Source of the DNA: Paragordius varius | Lineage: Eukaryota; Animalia; Nematomorpha | Length of the DNA: 64,000 nt | Direction of reading: 5' to 3' | Assembly: GCA_964247055.1 (NCBI GenBank) | Contig: OZ176052.1 | Location: 2,728,001-2,792,000, forward strand | Part shown: piece after piece, positions 48,936 through 61,022 of the stretch | How the letters are laid out: every line of letters begins with the position of its first letter | How positions within the stretch are numbered: the first letter of the stretch is position 1 | The notes under the pieces: generated by a model | The model's database searches: none | What the model was told of the DNA's origin: nothing | Seen by the model: the letters and a program-made list of their open reading frames with translations, nothing else | Program-made: the position numbers and the translations under genes

Positions 48936-51900
48936 ATGCCTTTCGATACATATGTTACAATAACATGTGCGATTTTGGCGATATTAGCCCTATTTTTGAT
49001 GATTTTTTTCGTATATTTTATTAATTTTTAGATCATTACTCTTACCGATTTGGAGTGTGATTATTTAAACTCGTTTGAATGCTGTAAACGGCTAAATAAA
49101 GTAATATTATTGTATATAGTAGTGTGTAATACCTGAAATAATAATCTCATTTGCACCTTTGGTGCTTATAACATTCACAAAATTTTGGTATTTATGCGGC
49201 GCTGTGATATTTCCCTTGTATCTCATTTTCAAGTTCAAAATCTATTACAATATTTAGGTATTACACAACGCCTCGTGGTAATTTCGGTGTATATGATCCA
49301 ACAGACATTTATAACCGTGGACAATTGCGTAAAACTTTGAGAATCACAATGGTTAAATTGGGATATAATCTAACCTTCTTTTTTATATATCTATACTGGT
49401 ATGGTAATTATTCATACTATTGATGAAATAATTATTTATGGATTTAATTTTACTTTAAACGGATTTATTAATAAGCAACGCTAAATGATGTTTAATTATT
49501 ACACTGCGCCAAAATCGGGGGTATTATGAATAAGCTAATATATATTCCGATGAAAAAATGAATCATGATTATTATGGTCCTTTTTGGCCTTGTGATTTAA
49601 GAAAGTTTTTATTTTATGGTAGGTGCTGAATATAAATTTGCGCATATTTTTTATATAAATTTTTTTGGTGAAGCTAGAGGCAACTATTACTAAATATATC
49701 ATAAATTACTTATAAAAGCAAAACAAAATTTTTAAAAATTCAATTAAGTCCCAAATTTTTTTGGTCTTCTATAATATACTAGTTCTATTAAATAAAGGCA
49801 AAAATGCCATGGATTACGTGATAAAAACATAGCTTAATTCACTTTTTAAAATGAATACCTTTTACAATAATATAATTTTTAGAAAAATTTAGTTTAAGCG
49901 TACTTCATACTATTTTGAGCCATGATAGAGACGGTATGAGAATGCTTTAACATATTTTCAAAACACTTTCTGTATAATTCGATGATGCTGATTTCTATCG
50001 CTTCAGAATTTTATTTTAAAGTTTGTTTGCTTTCAAATTTGGCAAATTTTTTGAGGTAATAGAAATTTTCAAAATCAATTTATAAAATGTTTTAAAATAT
50101 TTAACGATTTTTCATACCATTTCCATCATGCCTCAAACTAGTATGAAGTACGCTTCAACATAATTTTACCATATATTTATATATTTTATCGCGCAATCTC
50201 GACATTTTATCGTTTAGTTAAGCAAACCAGACCATAAGCGAATAAATGGGACTTTCGGAGCCCACATATAAAATTAAAAAATTTTAAAAATATTTTTCTT
50301 TTTTAGGCATTTTATGATATATTATAGTGATATTTTTTAAATGAAGTACATGCTTTCATCAAAAAAAATTTTTAAAAAATTGTGCGGAAATTTTGTCATT
50401 TTCTGATATGGAGCGCTTACCACAAAGTTTAAGTAAACTTTTTGTATAACTTATAGGGCCAAAGCCAAAAACACCATAATAATCAATACATTTTCCTATC
50501 AGAATATATATATATATAATTTCAACAGGTTATTTTTTGTGGATACAGTGTTATAACATATTGGCATAACTAATATGTTGTTACCAAAAACTAATTTGAT
50601 TTAATTCGTTTTTAGTGTTCATTAGAGACGATAAATCACCCAAATTTAAAGGTGTATATATATATATATATAGATATTTATGGCACTTTAGTAAAATATA
50701 ATAGTAATCGTTTGAACAACCCTAAAACAACTTTTTTATCACTTACCATTTTTTAATTTTTGACTTAGAAATTATAAATTTGGAGACCAGTTAATATACC
50801 TAATAATTCTTAAAATCAACCCTATTTCATCCATAATTCTACCATTGTGATAGCTTTTTATTAAATCGCTTATAAATGAATAATTGTTCCGGTTCATAAA
50901 AATATATTTTTGTTATATCACGTTTTTGACTGAATGTTTTTGAAATCACTGTATTAACTGATCAGCCCAACCTTTATTATGGCATTTTTTTGTCAAAAGT
51001 TTTGGCTTATTGGAACATTATTGTACCCAGATATGTCGTATTGGAGGTTTGTTGTGAGATAAACTAGAAATAATAATGGATATTAAAATATTTTAATATA
51101 AAAGTAACGTTAAAAAGTTCTGTCTTTATATCCATTATGTTTTATAATTTTAGCAAAATAATTTTGCTGTTATGGGACCCGTAATTATTTCTTTTTTACA
51201 ATAAATCTTCCTTTTATTTTAAAATTTATCTATTACACAAAATCGCTTAATGTATATCAGGCTTATGGTAATTTTATAGAAAAATGTGTTTATAATGTGC
51301 CTGAAAATTTTAGTTAAGTGGATATAACCTCCATAAATAAGTGATAAACTACGTTAAACACTATAATATAAGCAATCTAATACATTCAATAATTCGATAT
51401 TACTTTTTAATACGCGGTTTTGTCCAAATCCTTTTGCTTCTTCTTTATAAACAGTCTATTTTTTAAAAATAACAGGCCGCGTTTTTAACTTAAAAATTTG
51501 GCTGCCGCGTACAAAATATATAGAACAACATATGCATAATTAGTTATTAGTTCTTGTGAACGCAACATATTAAATTAATAGAAAACCGATGATTACCTTA
51601 ACCATGTCCGTTAAAAATATTTTTTACATAAAAACAGCAGGAATACGTTTGCTTAACAATAAAAAACTTCAAAATCTGTACAAGGACAATAATGCAAAAA
51701 TTTTATTTTAGGAAGGTATTAAAAAATGGTTTTTACACGCTTAACGAAAAATTGATGGTTTTCATAAAGCATAACTTACCTTTAAGCAATAAATATTTAA
51801 AAATTAATAAATCCATAAAATACAATTTTTGACTATCATTATAAAATTAGATACATGGATTGTCGTAAAATTGTAATTCGTACTTTATTTTGGAAATCCT

Positions 51901-52447
51901 TGGTAAGCCAAAAAACAGAAACCCTCCTGATGCCTAACGAATATCTTAAAATGAATAGTTTTGTCATTAAATAAATGATGTATGTACGATACATAACATA
52001 ATTAAAACGAACTTTGCATATGACCGTGTATAAAAATGAAGCATATGTTTACCTGATTAATATATAATATTTAAATAACAGTTAAATACATTAAATTAAA
52101 AATTTGAGTTGTTTGTATTATTAATAAATGACAGTTTAGTTAATTATGGTAATCACTGCTTTTGACCATTAATGACTGCCTTACAAAGCGGTCGGACCGT
52201 TTATTTTTTCATCTAGCTAAAACTTACCTGTTTCATTAAAATAAAGTAACTATAATGGGTTATTTTTTACACAAAATAAGGCAAATCTCTTTTAATAAAA
52301 ATATTTATCAGAAATTATAAATTAATATCTATATGTTTGTTTTTAATCCTATATATTATTTTTCGTTTTAGCATGATTTCGACACTACTCACTAATCAAC
52401 AAATCAATCATGAAGAATATAAAAAAGAAAATTTACCTCCATATTAA
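48936..52447 (+). CDS. CNIH4: Cornichon homolog 4 (5 exons; absent from the ORF track)
   Basis: Exons 48936-49010, 49032-49100, 49123-49232, 49258-49398, 52372-52447. Spliced product contains IITLTDLECDYLN..ECCKRLNK, VIPE, P.GNFGVYDPTDIYNRGQL, MVKLGYNL.FFFIYLYCMI, diagnostic of CNIH4. Confidence 0.92.
49640..50560 (+). repeat. Repeat family E copy with central palindrome, in CNIH4 intron 4
   Basis: Colinear with 61940-62960; central arms aagcgtacttcatacta / tagtatgaagtacgctt (49876-50158). Confidence 0.7.
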
Positions 52448-52839
52448 TTTATGTATCCATTATCTGGATTTTTTTAAACATTTGTTGATAAAATAAATAA
52501 CACATTTTTAATGAAAAAGTTATATAATATATATATTATATGTGTGAGTGTATTATCAATGCATGATAAATATTAATTTTATCGTGGGATAGCAAATTAT
52601 ACAGATGATTATAGTCCATCAAATCTAAAGACGGTGGTTTCAGGTTTATTTAAATCCTAAATAGTTTTACATTAAAAGCAGTTTTTCAAATGAAGTCGTT
52701 TTAAAAAAGATTTTTGCGAAAAAAATGGGTTCCGTTTTAGACTTTACGATAGCCGAATTATTTTGTTACAATGTAAACAGATGTGCAAAAAAATAGACAT
52801 TCTTAAACAGCAAATTTTTATTGTGTGCTAGTTAATAGG

Positions 52840-53315
52840 TAGATTTACATCAGACACCCTCTTATCATAGTAATTGAAATATCGGATGTCACTCTTTCGA
52901 GCGATCATATTTGTAAACTATTTCGCCATAAATCCCTGTCTGTGGCGTCCTTGAGTTTTAGATTCGGTTTTGCCATATCTCTTACCGTATCTATCCATCG
53001 CGTTTTAAGGTGTCCTCTTCCCTCTGACCATCCAAAATATATTCATCAATCTTTTTACCAAAAGAGGTACCATCATTATTTATATATGTCCAAACCATTT
53101 AAGGCTATTCAACATCATTTTTTGTGTTATCGGTTTGATTTCTGTATTGCTTCTAATATATATCATTTTGTCTCTCTTCTTTACACCGCACATTAATATA
53201 AGCTTTCCCCTTTCCGTTATTTCAAATTGCCTTTCCTCTGTTTAGTGGCCATGTCTGTGAGTTGTACATCATTGTTGGCTGTACAACAGTATTGTAAATC
53301 TTACCCTTAAGTTTA
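52840..53315 (-). pseudogene. Degenerate 3' remnant of an RTE LINE
   Basis: Minus-strand frames give KLKGKIYNTVVQPTMMYNSQTW, LKWFGH, RWIDTV, L.LKDATDRDLWRN with stops and frameshifts; typical RTE C-terminal region. Confidence 0.78.
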
Positions 53316-54239
53316 AAATCAAAATTTTTATCGCATTAAACATTTTTTTAATAAACAGTATATAAAAATAATTAGCTCATGCTTATCATCACGGACTTTT
53401 CCATGAACAACCTACTTTAGATATAATTTTATTCTATTTCTATTTTAAATTATTTTAGAATATTTAATAAAATTAAATTTTAAAATTTAAATGGCAAAAA
53501 AAATTAATATATTTTTTGAAAAGGGGTTATGATGCGCACAATATAAGACATGTGTTTTCTCACAATCAGCGTCATTATGGGGCGGTCCTATCCACTTCAA
53601 ATTGCATTATGGCAGTCGAAAAAATCAATATATCTTGTCAAATTTTTGATTGAGTATTATATCAAAAATAACCAAAAATGTAATTACAAAAAGCATTTTT
53701 AAAAAAATGTTCACCATATACTTAATATAATCAAATATGAATGTAATTTTGCCAGGTAGTTTTTTTAAATTTTTATAATAAAACTTGTTTTAAATGCCCC
53801 ACAAATATAAATGTTATTTTTATATAAATAATTGAAATCGATATCCATGAGTTTAAGAATAAATAAGAAATCAGCTCCAACGAAATTAAGAAATCTGTCG
53901 GGTTTTATAATGGAATGCTAAAAAATATTTGGTGAGCTATATTGACTAACAAATTTACTTATACTTTTTAAATAAATATTATATTAGATCCAAAATATCA
54001 AATCATTATTTGTGACGATTAGATTACGGATTTTATCTAAAACAAATATAATATATAAAGTAACCCAAATCAACAATTTATTCAGTCAGGTTTAAAAATG
54101 TGTATATAATATCGAGCAATAAGACTATGGTAAATATATTATAATTTTATATGCATACTAACTATATTTTGCACAAATTGTTTTAAATAAACGGTATCTT
54201 CATATAGATGCATATAATATATAATTTAAAATTTATAAA

Positions 54240-57200
54240 TCATTTTTTTGACTTCTCCTCTCCTGACAATTTATTATTATTATTGTTGTTTTTCTTATTG
54301 GTGTTTCCATGTACTTTTGCGATTTCTGGCATTTTTTCTCGTCCTAAATTTATAAATTGGTATATTAGCATATATCCTTATTTAATACTATAAATATAGT
54401 AAAGGAATCCGCAAATTAAACAAAGTTTTTGTATAAATAACCAAAGTATCGGGATGTATTGTTATTGTTCAAATCCTACTAAAAAATATTTTAATGGTAT
54501 TTATATAACAGAATTTTTAAATAATTTATTCAGAATCTCTTAATGAAAACATATATGGGAATAGATAAAAAAGTACATATTTATTAATATTTAGAAAATT
54601 CTTTTAAGTTATATTCTTTTAGCTATTTAAAAAATTTGTTTCGTTTTTGGGCAAAAAAACTATTTTTTTAGAATTTATTGAGTTATTAAAAATATATATA
54701 AACTAAAAAATAAGATATCAAAAACTAACAATTAGAATTTATTATTTGTAGTCTCTATGATTAGGGTTATACAGAGTTTTAACCCATATTTAACAACTAT
54801 AATTACACATAGACGGATATAATAAGGTTCCAAAAATATGAGGTTTTTTTAGTTTTAAATCAGTTCTTATTTGTTTAACTCTTCACTTATATGTTTTATC
54901 TATGAAAATTTACTATGAACCCCAAAATGTAATTCCTATACTAACAGCTAAAAAAAGTAGAACCTTTCAAAGATATTTTTTGAAGATTTTTATCGAGAGT
55001 ATCTTCGATATTCAATTCATCAAGCGGGGATAATAGTTCAGCAGCATTGTCATTGTTGTTTGAAGTTGCAAAACTTGATGTTGTGTCCGGTTCATTGTTT
55101 AAAATTTCGGGTGTTGATATAATAGATGAAGTTATTTCCCAATCATCTTGAAATCGAATTGATTTATAAAATTATATATACCATTTACAGTTCAAATTTA
55201 CCCTTGAACAATTCAAATTTACCCTAAAAATAAATTATGTATTTTCGAACTAATATAACTCATTATTAATATGAAATATATGTTTATGCTATAATTTATT
55301 ATTTTTTCAGTATTATTTTAATTTAAAACAAAATTTATATTTTTTAAGAATATATAAAAATATTGGTAATTTTTAATCCATCCATCCATTCATTTTAGGT
55401 CCCAGGGTATCTGGGGTTTCCATGCACCAACTTCCTGAACAATGTCCTATCAAAGACTTGTTCGTGTTCAATATTGAAGTGTGATAGATCTTGGGTCAGC
55501 TGTTTGGACCATGTGAGCTTAGGGCGGCCTTTTCTGTTTGGGCCGGGTATATTTAAATGTTGTATTTTTTGGACCCAGTTATCGGAATTCATACGTTGAA
55601 TATGTCCGTAATATCGCAATCGATTGCGCTGGATGAATAAAGCTATGGGTTCATCTTCTTCTATGGTATTATCAAAATTATTGTTGCAGATTTTGAGCAT
55701 GTGATTTTCAGCTCTAGTAAGTCTATTTAGGTCTGTTGCTGTAAGGGCCCAGGTTTCTGTAGCGTATGTCATAGCTGGTCTTATTCCCATTTTGTAAATC
55801 TTTATCTTGTGATTCGATTTGATATATTTATTAGTTAAAATATATTTTAATTGATTGAATTTGGCCCATCCTTGTCTGATTCTATGAGAAATGGCATCCC
55901 TCAAAGAACCATCAGATGCTATATAATCGCCCAGATATGGGAAAGATGTTACCACTTCTAGTTTATCTCCATTAAAGTTTATAGTACGTGGATTAGATAT
56001 TGGCTGTGGTATTGATGAAGCACATGGTGTGCAGATGAAATTATTATTATTAATTAACTTTCCTTTTATGTTGGAACATTTTTTATGGACCCAATTTCTA
56101 CATTTTGTACAACAAAGTGAGTTTAGTTTTACCTCAGTGGAGCACACTGGGCATGGGAACTTTATAGTTTTATGTTCATCTCCTGTGATTAGAATTTTAG
56201 TTTTGTTTGTATTGATTTTAAGACCGTATTTATGTAATTGTTTTGACCATATAAGATATTTATTTTCGAGTATTGAAATATCTTCTGCAGTGATTATGAG
56301 GTCGTCTGCATAAAGAATTTCATAAGGCAGACCTTCTCTCATATCTTTTGTTATGTAATCAATTATAGCTATAAAAAGAAGTGGGCTAAGGACAGATCCC
56401 TGATGTAGCCCAGTATTTATACTAAAATACTCTGAATTCCCAACAGGAGTAAGAACACAACTGATTGAGTTAGTGTAGATTAACATAATTAACTTAATGG
56501 TATATTCATCTACGTTGTTGTAGCGCAGTGATTCTATTATTAGTGCTCTAGGTACTGAGTCGTAAGCCTTTTCTAAATCGACAAAAAGGTGGAATAGTTT
56601 ACGACCTTTTGCTCGGTATTTATCTTGTAATTGTCTGAGTAGGAAAATTGGATCGATTGTGCTTTTGCCCGCTGAAAAGGCGAATTGCATTGGATTAATT
56701 GATATGAGCTGGACGATACGATTTTTGAGGCACATTTCAAAAATTTTTAACCCATGTTCAAGAAGTTTTAAGGGCCTGTATGAGGCAAGGTTAAGATATC
56801 TCCTTTATTTTTGAAAATGGGAAATATAATGCTTTTTTCCCAGTCTTTGGGTATTTTCATTTCAACTATTATTTTGTTAAATAAATTTGTTAGAAGCATG
56901 GTTATATTGGGTATTAATTTAATGATATCAAAACATAGTTCACTAGGGCCCGAAGCCTTGTTTGATTTCATTTGGTCTAAAGCAATCTCAATTTCTTGTA
57001 TTGTGAATGTATTTAATGGGCCACAACAGGGATCTAGGTCAGAATTTATTATGGGTGTTAAAGGGTTGTTTAGATTTTGCTCCATATATTTTTGCCATAT
57101 CGATTTAATTAATTCTGGTTGTATTTGTAAATTATTATTATTATCTTTTATACATTTAATCGTTGGTATATCTTTTTTGTTATTATTGTAAAGTTTCATA

Positions 57201-60167
57201 TGTTTAAAAATTTTATTATTTTGGATTTCCTTTTCCAATTTATCGGCAGTATCTTTAGCCTTTTCATTCATTAATTTATTAATTTCCTTTTGAACCTTTT
57301 TGTTGTATTTATAATAATCAGTTTTGTCGTTTTCTGTTTTCGATTTCTTCCATTTTTTATACAAACGCGCCTTTTCTTTAAGTAATGGCTTAATTGCATC
57401 GTCCCACCACCATTTCTTTTGGGCTTTGCTCTTTCTTCTACCACACCATTTTTCTACATTTTCAATCGTATTGCTTCTTAGACTTTGCCAGGAGTCTTCA
57501 ACGTCAAGATTATCAATGTTTAAGTTAAGCGACTTTTTGAAATTATTCATTATATCAGGTTTTTTAAACTTGTGTATATTAAGTTTAGGTTTGGTTCTAT
57601 GATTAAAAGGCCTTGAGTTAAATTTGAAAATTGATGTTAAAACTTTATGCTGTGTTTCAGAGTTATAAGTGGTTGTATTTACCAGATATTTTCGAATGTG
57701 TTGACTAGTTAGGATGTAGTCTATTGTTGTATTATTATTGCCAGAAGTGTATGTAATCAGTTTATTTTTGCTTTTGGTGAATAAAGTGTTTGCTAACTGT
57801 AGTCGCTGAGCTGCACAGAATTCTAAGACATTTTCTCCTTCTTTGTCCCGATTATCGAAGTTGTATCCTCCATGTATACCAGAAAAACCTTCGCTGCTTC
57901 CAACATGTGCATTTAAATCTCCTCCAATCATTATACAGTCTGTTTCGGGTATATTGGAACATATTTGATAGAGCTGATCCCAAAAATCCAGCTTGCATTT
58001 ATCGGGCAAGCCTTTTTGGGGTGCATATACGGAAATAATATTGAGGATCAATTTGTTGTATATCATTCTAGCTTGAATAATTCTATCACTATGACGGGTC
58101 ACGGTAATTAGGTTTTGTCGATGTGTTTCTTTCATCATTATAGCGACGCCAGATTGTCCTTTGTTCCCACCTTGGTATAGTAATGAATAACCATCAAAGT
58201 GTTTTATACCTGCATTTTTATATCGAGTTTCTTGTAAACAGCATATGTTTAAATCTAAGTTTCGCACCGTATCTATTACCAGCCTTGCTTATTAACCATT
58301 GTTCCAACATTCCAAGAGCCAATTTTAAATGGTTCCGATATAGATTTGAAGTTTTTATTTAGATTATTGTATCTTATTTTTATTTTTGGTTGTTCATTTG
58401 TACCTGGTTTATTTATTATTGTTTTAGAATTATTTTTATTTCTATTATTTATGTAATTTGTATTTATAGGTATACTAGCATTATCATAATATATATTATC
58501 ATTTATATTAAAATTAAAATTTCGTTTTGAAATAGAGGTTTTATTATCATCAATCATTTTTGTAAGTCGTTTCTTCATGGTTTTGTAATTTGAGGCAAGG
58601 TTTTACGGATTATATGCCCTTATAAACCAACCCCTTTAACTCAGAGGTGAGGGTACCTTATTCGCTGCACCAGGCTAGAGAATGTCTAAAAAGACTACGA
58701 TTTTCTCAAATCGACCTCCTCCGTTGGCCTTACACATCGTGTAAGTTTCCGGACATCACCACGTGGAGGTGGAGGTAGGATTTTCTTAAAAAAAATATAT
58801 TTTATTTGAGGGTGAATTTGAATTGTTCGAGGGTGAATTTGAATTGTTCGAGGGTGAATTTGAATTGTTCGAGGGTGAATTTGAATTGTTTAAGGGTGAA
58901 TTTGAATTGTTTAAGGGTGAAATTGAATTGTAAATGGTATATATAAAATTTACTGTAAAAAGTTAAACGGTAAATTTTTTAATGTAAACTTTCCTACAAA
59001 GTTAATATCAAAAAGTAGCAATTATAAACTAATTTAATATTTTAATTAAGAGTGTCCAATATGCGGCCCTCCGAAACTTTATGTGCGGCCCGCAAAAAAT
59101 TGGAAACTCATATATAAAACATGCTCAAATCATAGTCAAATTAATATTTCTTAAATTATTTTTTTAAATAAGTCCGTCTAATTAACAAGAACTAGAAAAT
59201 TATATCGTGTTTGCATTTAACAGTGTGTTGAAAATCTAATAAATCATTTAATTATCATTTATGCAAATGCGCCCCACTAAAATGGGTCCCGCAAAGCCCA
59301 TTATTTTGGATGGCGCCCTAATTTCAATAAAGTATCAATAAGAATTCTACAAACGTAACATTTAGGTAAGGTGTGGTAACATGAAACTCATAAATTTAAT
59401 ATTGTGATAACCAATTAGCACAGTAGTAATTATTATAACAACTTACCGTCCATCCCTCCGTCCCAAGCAATATCTTCTTTGAGAGAATTTGTGGCTCTTT
59501 GAAGCAAAGATTGTCGCAATCGTTCTTCTTCATCCACCAAATGCACTTTGTAATAATACTTTTTCCAAAAGGTGGGTGCATCACACACGGATGGGACCTA
59601 TTAAATAATGTCAAAAGTATCGTATAGCAAAGCTTTATAGAAATTTTGATTTCATTTAATTTTTTTATATAATTTTTGTATGTAAAAAGGGACAAAAAGG
59701 TGAAATCTTTAATCATTTTAAAACGTAAAAACCAGAAACAATTTTTTTTCTGGTATAAAGATAGACATATTTTTAAAATTATAACGTATCTTTTATTGCA
59801 AAATATGGAATAGATATTTAGTACTCTCCATAATAGATTTCACAATTATAAACATTTAGTTTATTAATAAAAAACAGTGGTATATAAAAGTGGTTTGATG
59901 TTTAAATATTTTTCTTATATTTTATTTTTTCCCTGTATAATTTCAATTCTACAGTGGGAGTAAAGATTTGAAAGGTAAAATACCAATTAGATGGAAAAAA
60001 TAAAAATAACTTATTTTGAAGAGGGCTATAGATTTCTTATTTTTTAATTGAGCCATATAGGGCAGCTATGTTTTGATTAATATAACGTAATTAACTACAT
60101 AAAAGGCAAAAAAAGTATTATAGATAAATTAGAAAATGAATATTAACCAAAATAAATTTGTTATTAG

Positions 60168-60229
<62 letters not shown>

Positions 60230-61022
60230 TTTTACTTGGCATCATTTTATAAAATAATTAGGTCACTAAAGTAATGAATATGCAAACTTCATACCAAAAT
60301 ATTATACCTATTTTTATGATTAAAAAATTTACAATATATAAACTTGCTCAACCCTTAACCCCTAACACCCATATTAATTATGTATAAATAAATAAATCAT
60401 GCCGTTCATACAAAAAAGTATAAAACAATGAAATTTAAAAAGATTTAGATTTCTCTTTTAAAGAAAAATACCAATTGTTTGAATTTTAGATTGAGTTCTT
60501 GATTAGTTTCAAGCTGCTTAGAATTTTTTTCATCATCATTGACATATTTGTTTACCCATTTTTCATAATTGGCATCGCTAGTAAAATCTTCATTTATGGT
60601 TGATTCCAAATTTGTTATGACATTGGATAATGCGACCTATTTAAAAGTGGATTTATTAAAATGTATTCGAAATAAATCATTGTATAAATAATCGATTTAC
60701 CTGTTTTTTGTCCCATTTTATGTTTGTGGAATCTTCATTATTTTGATGAGCTTTGACAATAGTATCAAAGCCTTCCTTAACAAATTGACTAGTTTGATAA
60801 AGATTATCGATAATCTTAAATAAAACAATATTTAATACGTGCTTTTTAGCGAAATCTGTGGTATTTTGAAGGGATGCCTCCGAAGCCACAATATAATCCT
60901 TTATTTCTGTCAAATCATTTTTAACAAGGTCTAAAGTAGGCTTTATCTGAAAAAGTAAATTTATAATCAGTAAAAACCTTTTCGGCAATATTTCGCCAAT
61001 AGTCACCGATTAGTCCTGACAT
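54240..61022 (-). CDS. BSDC1: BSD domain-containing protein 1 (6 exons)
   Basis: Exons 61022-60978, 60946-60701, 60636-60472, 59597-59447, 55146-54964, 54343-54240; phases consistent. LDLVKNDLTE N-terminal block and BSD core VPSVCDAPTFWKKYYYKVHLVDEEERLRQSLLQRA...IAWD. Last two exons are low-complexity and less certain. Confidence 0.82.
55379..58785 (-). mobile_element. Near full-length RTE-clade LINE, ~3.4 kb, single APE-RT ORF broken by two frameshifts
   Basis: APE: KIGSWNVGT, CCLQETR, IISVYAPQ, GGDLNAHVG, IDYIL; RT: KASGP, DW..S.I.PIFKNKGD, YRPLKLL, QFAF, FVDLEKAYD, GLHQGSVLSPLLF, LYADD, YLG, RLRYYGH, RKGRPK.TW. Frame changes near 58280 and 56787. 3' tail (ATGG)n directly after the stop at 55395. 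Confidence 0.95.
58808..58930 (+). repeat. Six tandem 21-bp subterminal repeats of MITE family A
   Basis: (gagggtgaatttgaattgttc) x3, then three variants (gagggtgaatttgaattgttt, aagggtgaatttgaattgttt, aagggtgaaattgaattg). Confidence 0.9.
59048..59320. mobile_element. Degenerate hAT MITE (family B-related)
   Basis: agagtgtccaatatgcggccc...gcggcccgc ... ttggatggcgccct. Confidence 0.5.
60168..60226. repeat. (TA)n microsatellite in BSDC1 intron 3
   Basis: Uninterrupted TA run of roughly 58 nt. Confidence 0.95.

Larger units (their letters stand above)
55181..58937. mobile_element. MITE family A copy split by the LINE (arms 55181-55378 and 58786-58937)
   Basis: Joining the arms restores the 12467-12711 sequence (ggtaatttt.aatc^ttaaaaa); TA flanks at both ends. 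Confidence 0.85.

Noticed and set aside
48902-48963. Upstream ORFs before CNIH4 (ATG 48902 and 48928)
   Set aside because: Transcript start unknown; short uORFs are common in AT-rich DNA, and the first may be removed by splicing.
58740-58765. Hammerhead ribozyme core in the LINE 5' end (GUGAUGUCCGGAAAC on sense strand)
   Set aside because: Does not match CUGAnGA and has no proper stem II.
60351-60370. Telomere-like aacccttaaccctaacaccc
   Set aside because: Only about two imperfect TTAGGG-type units; expected by chance.
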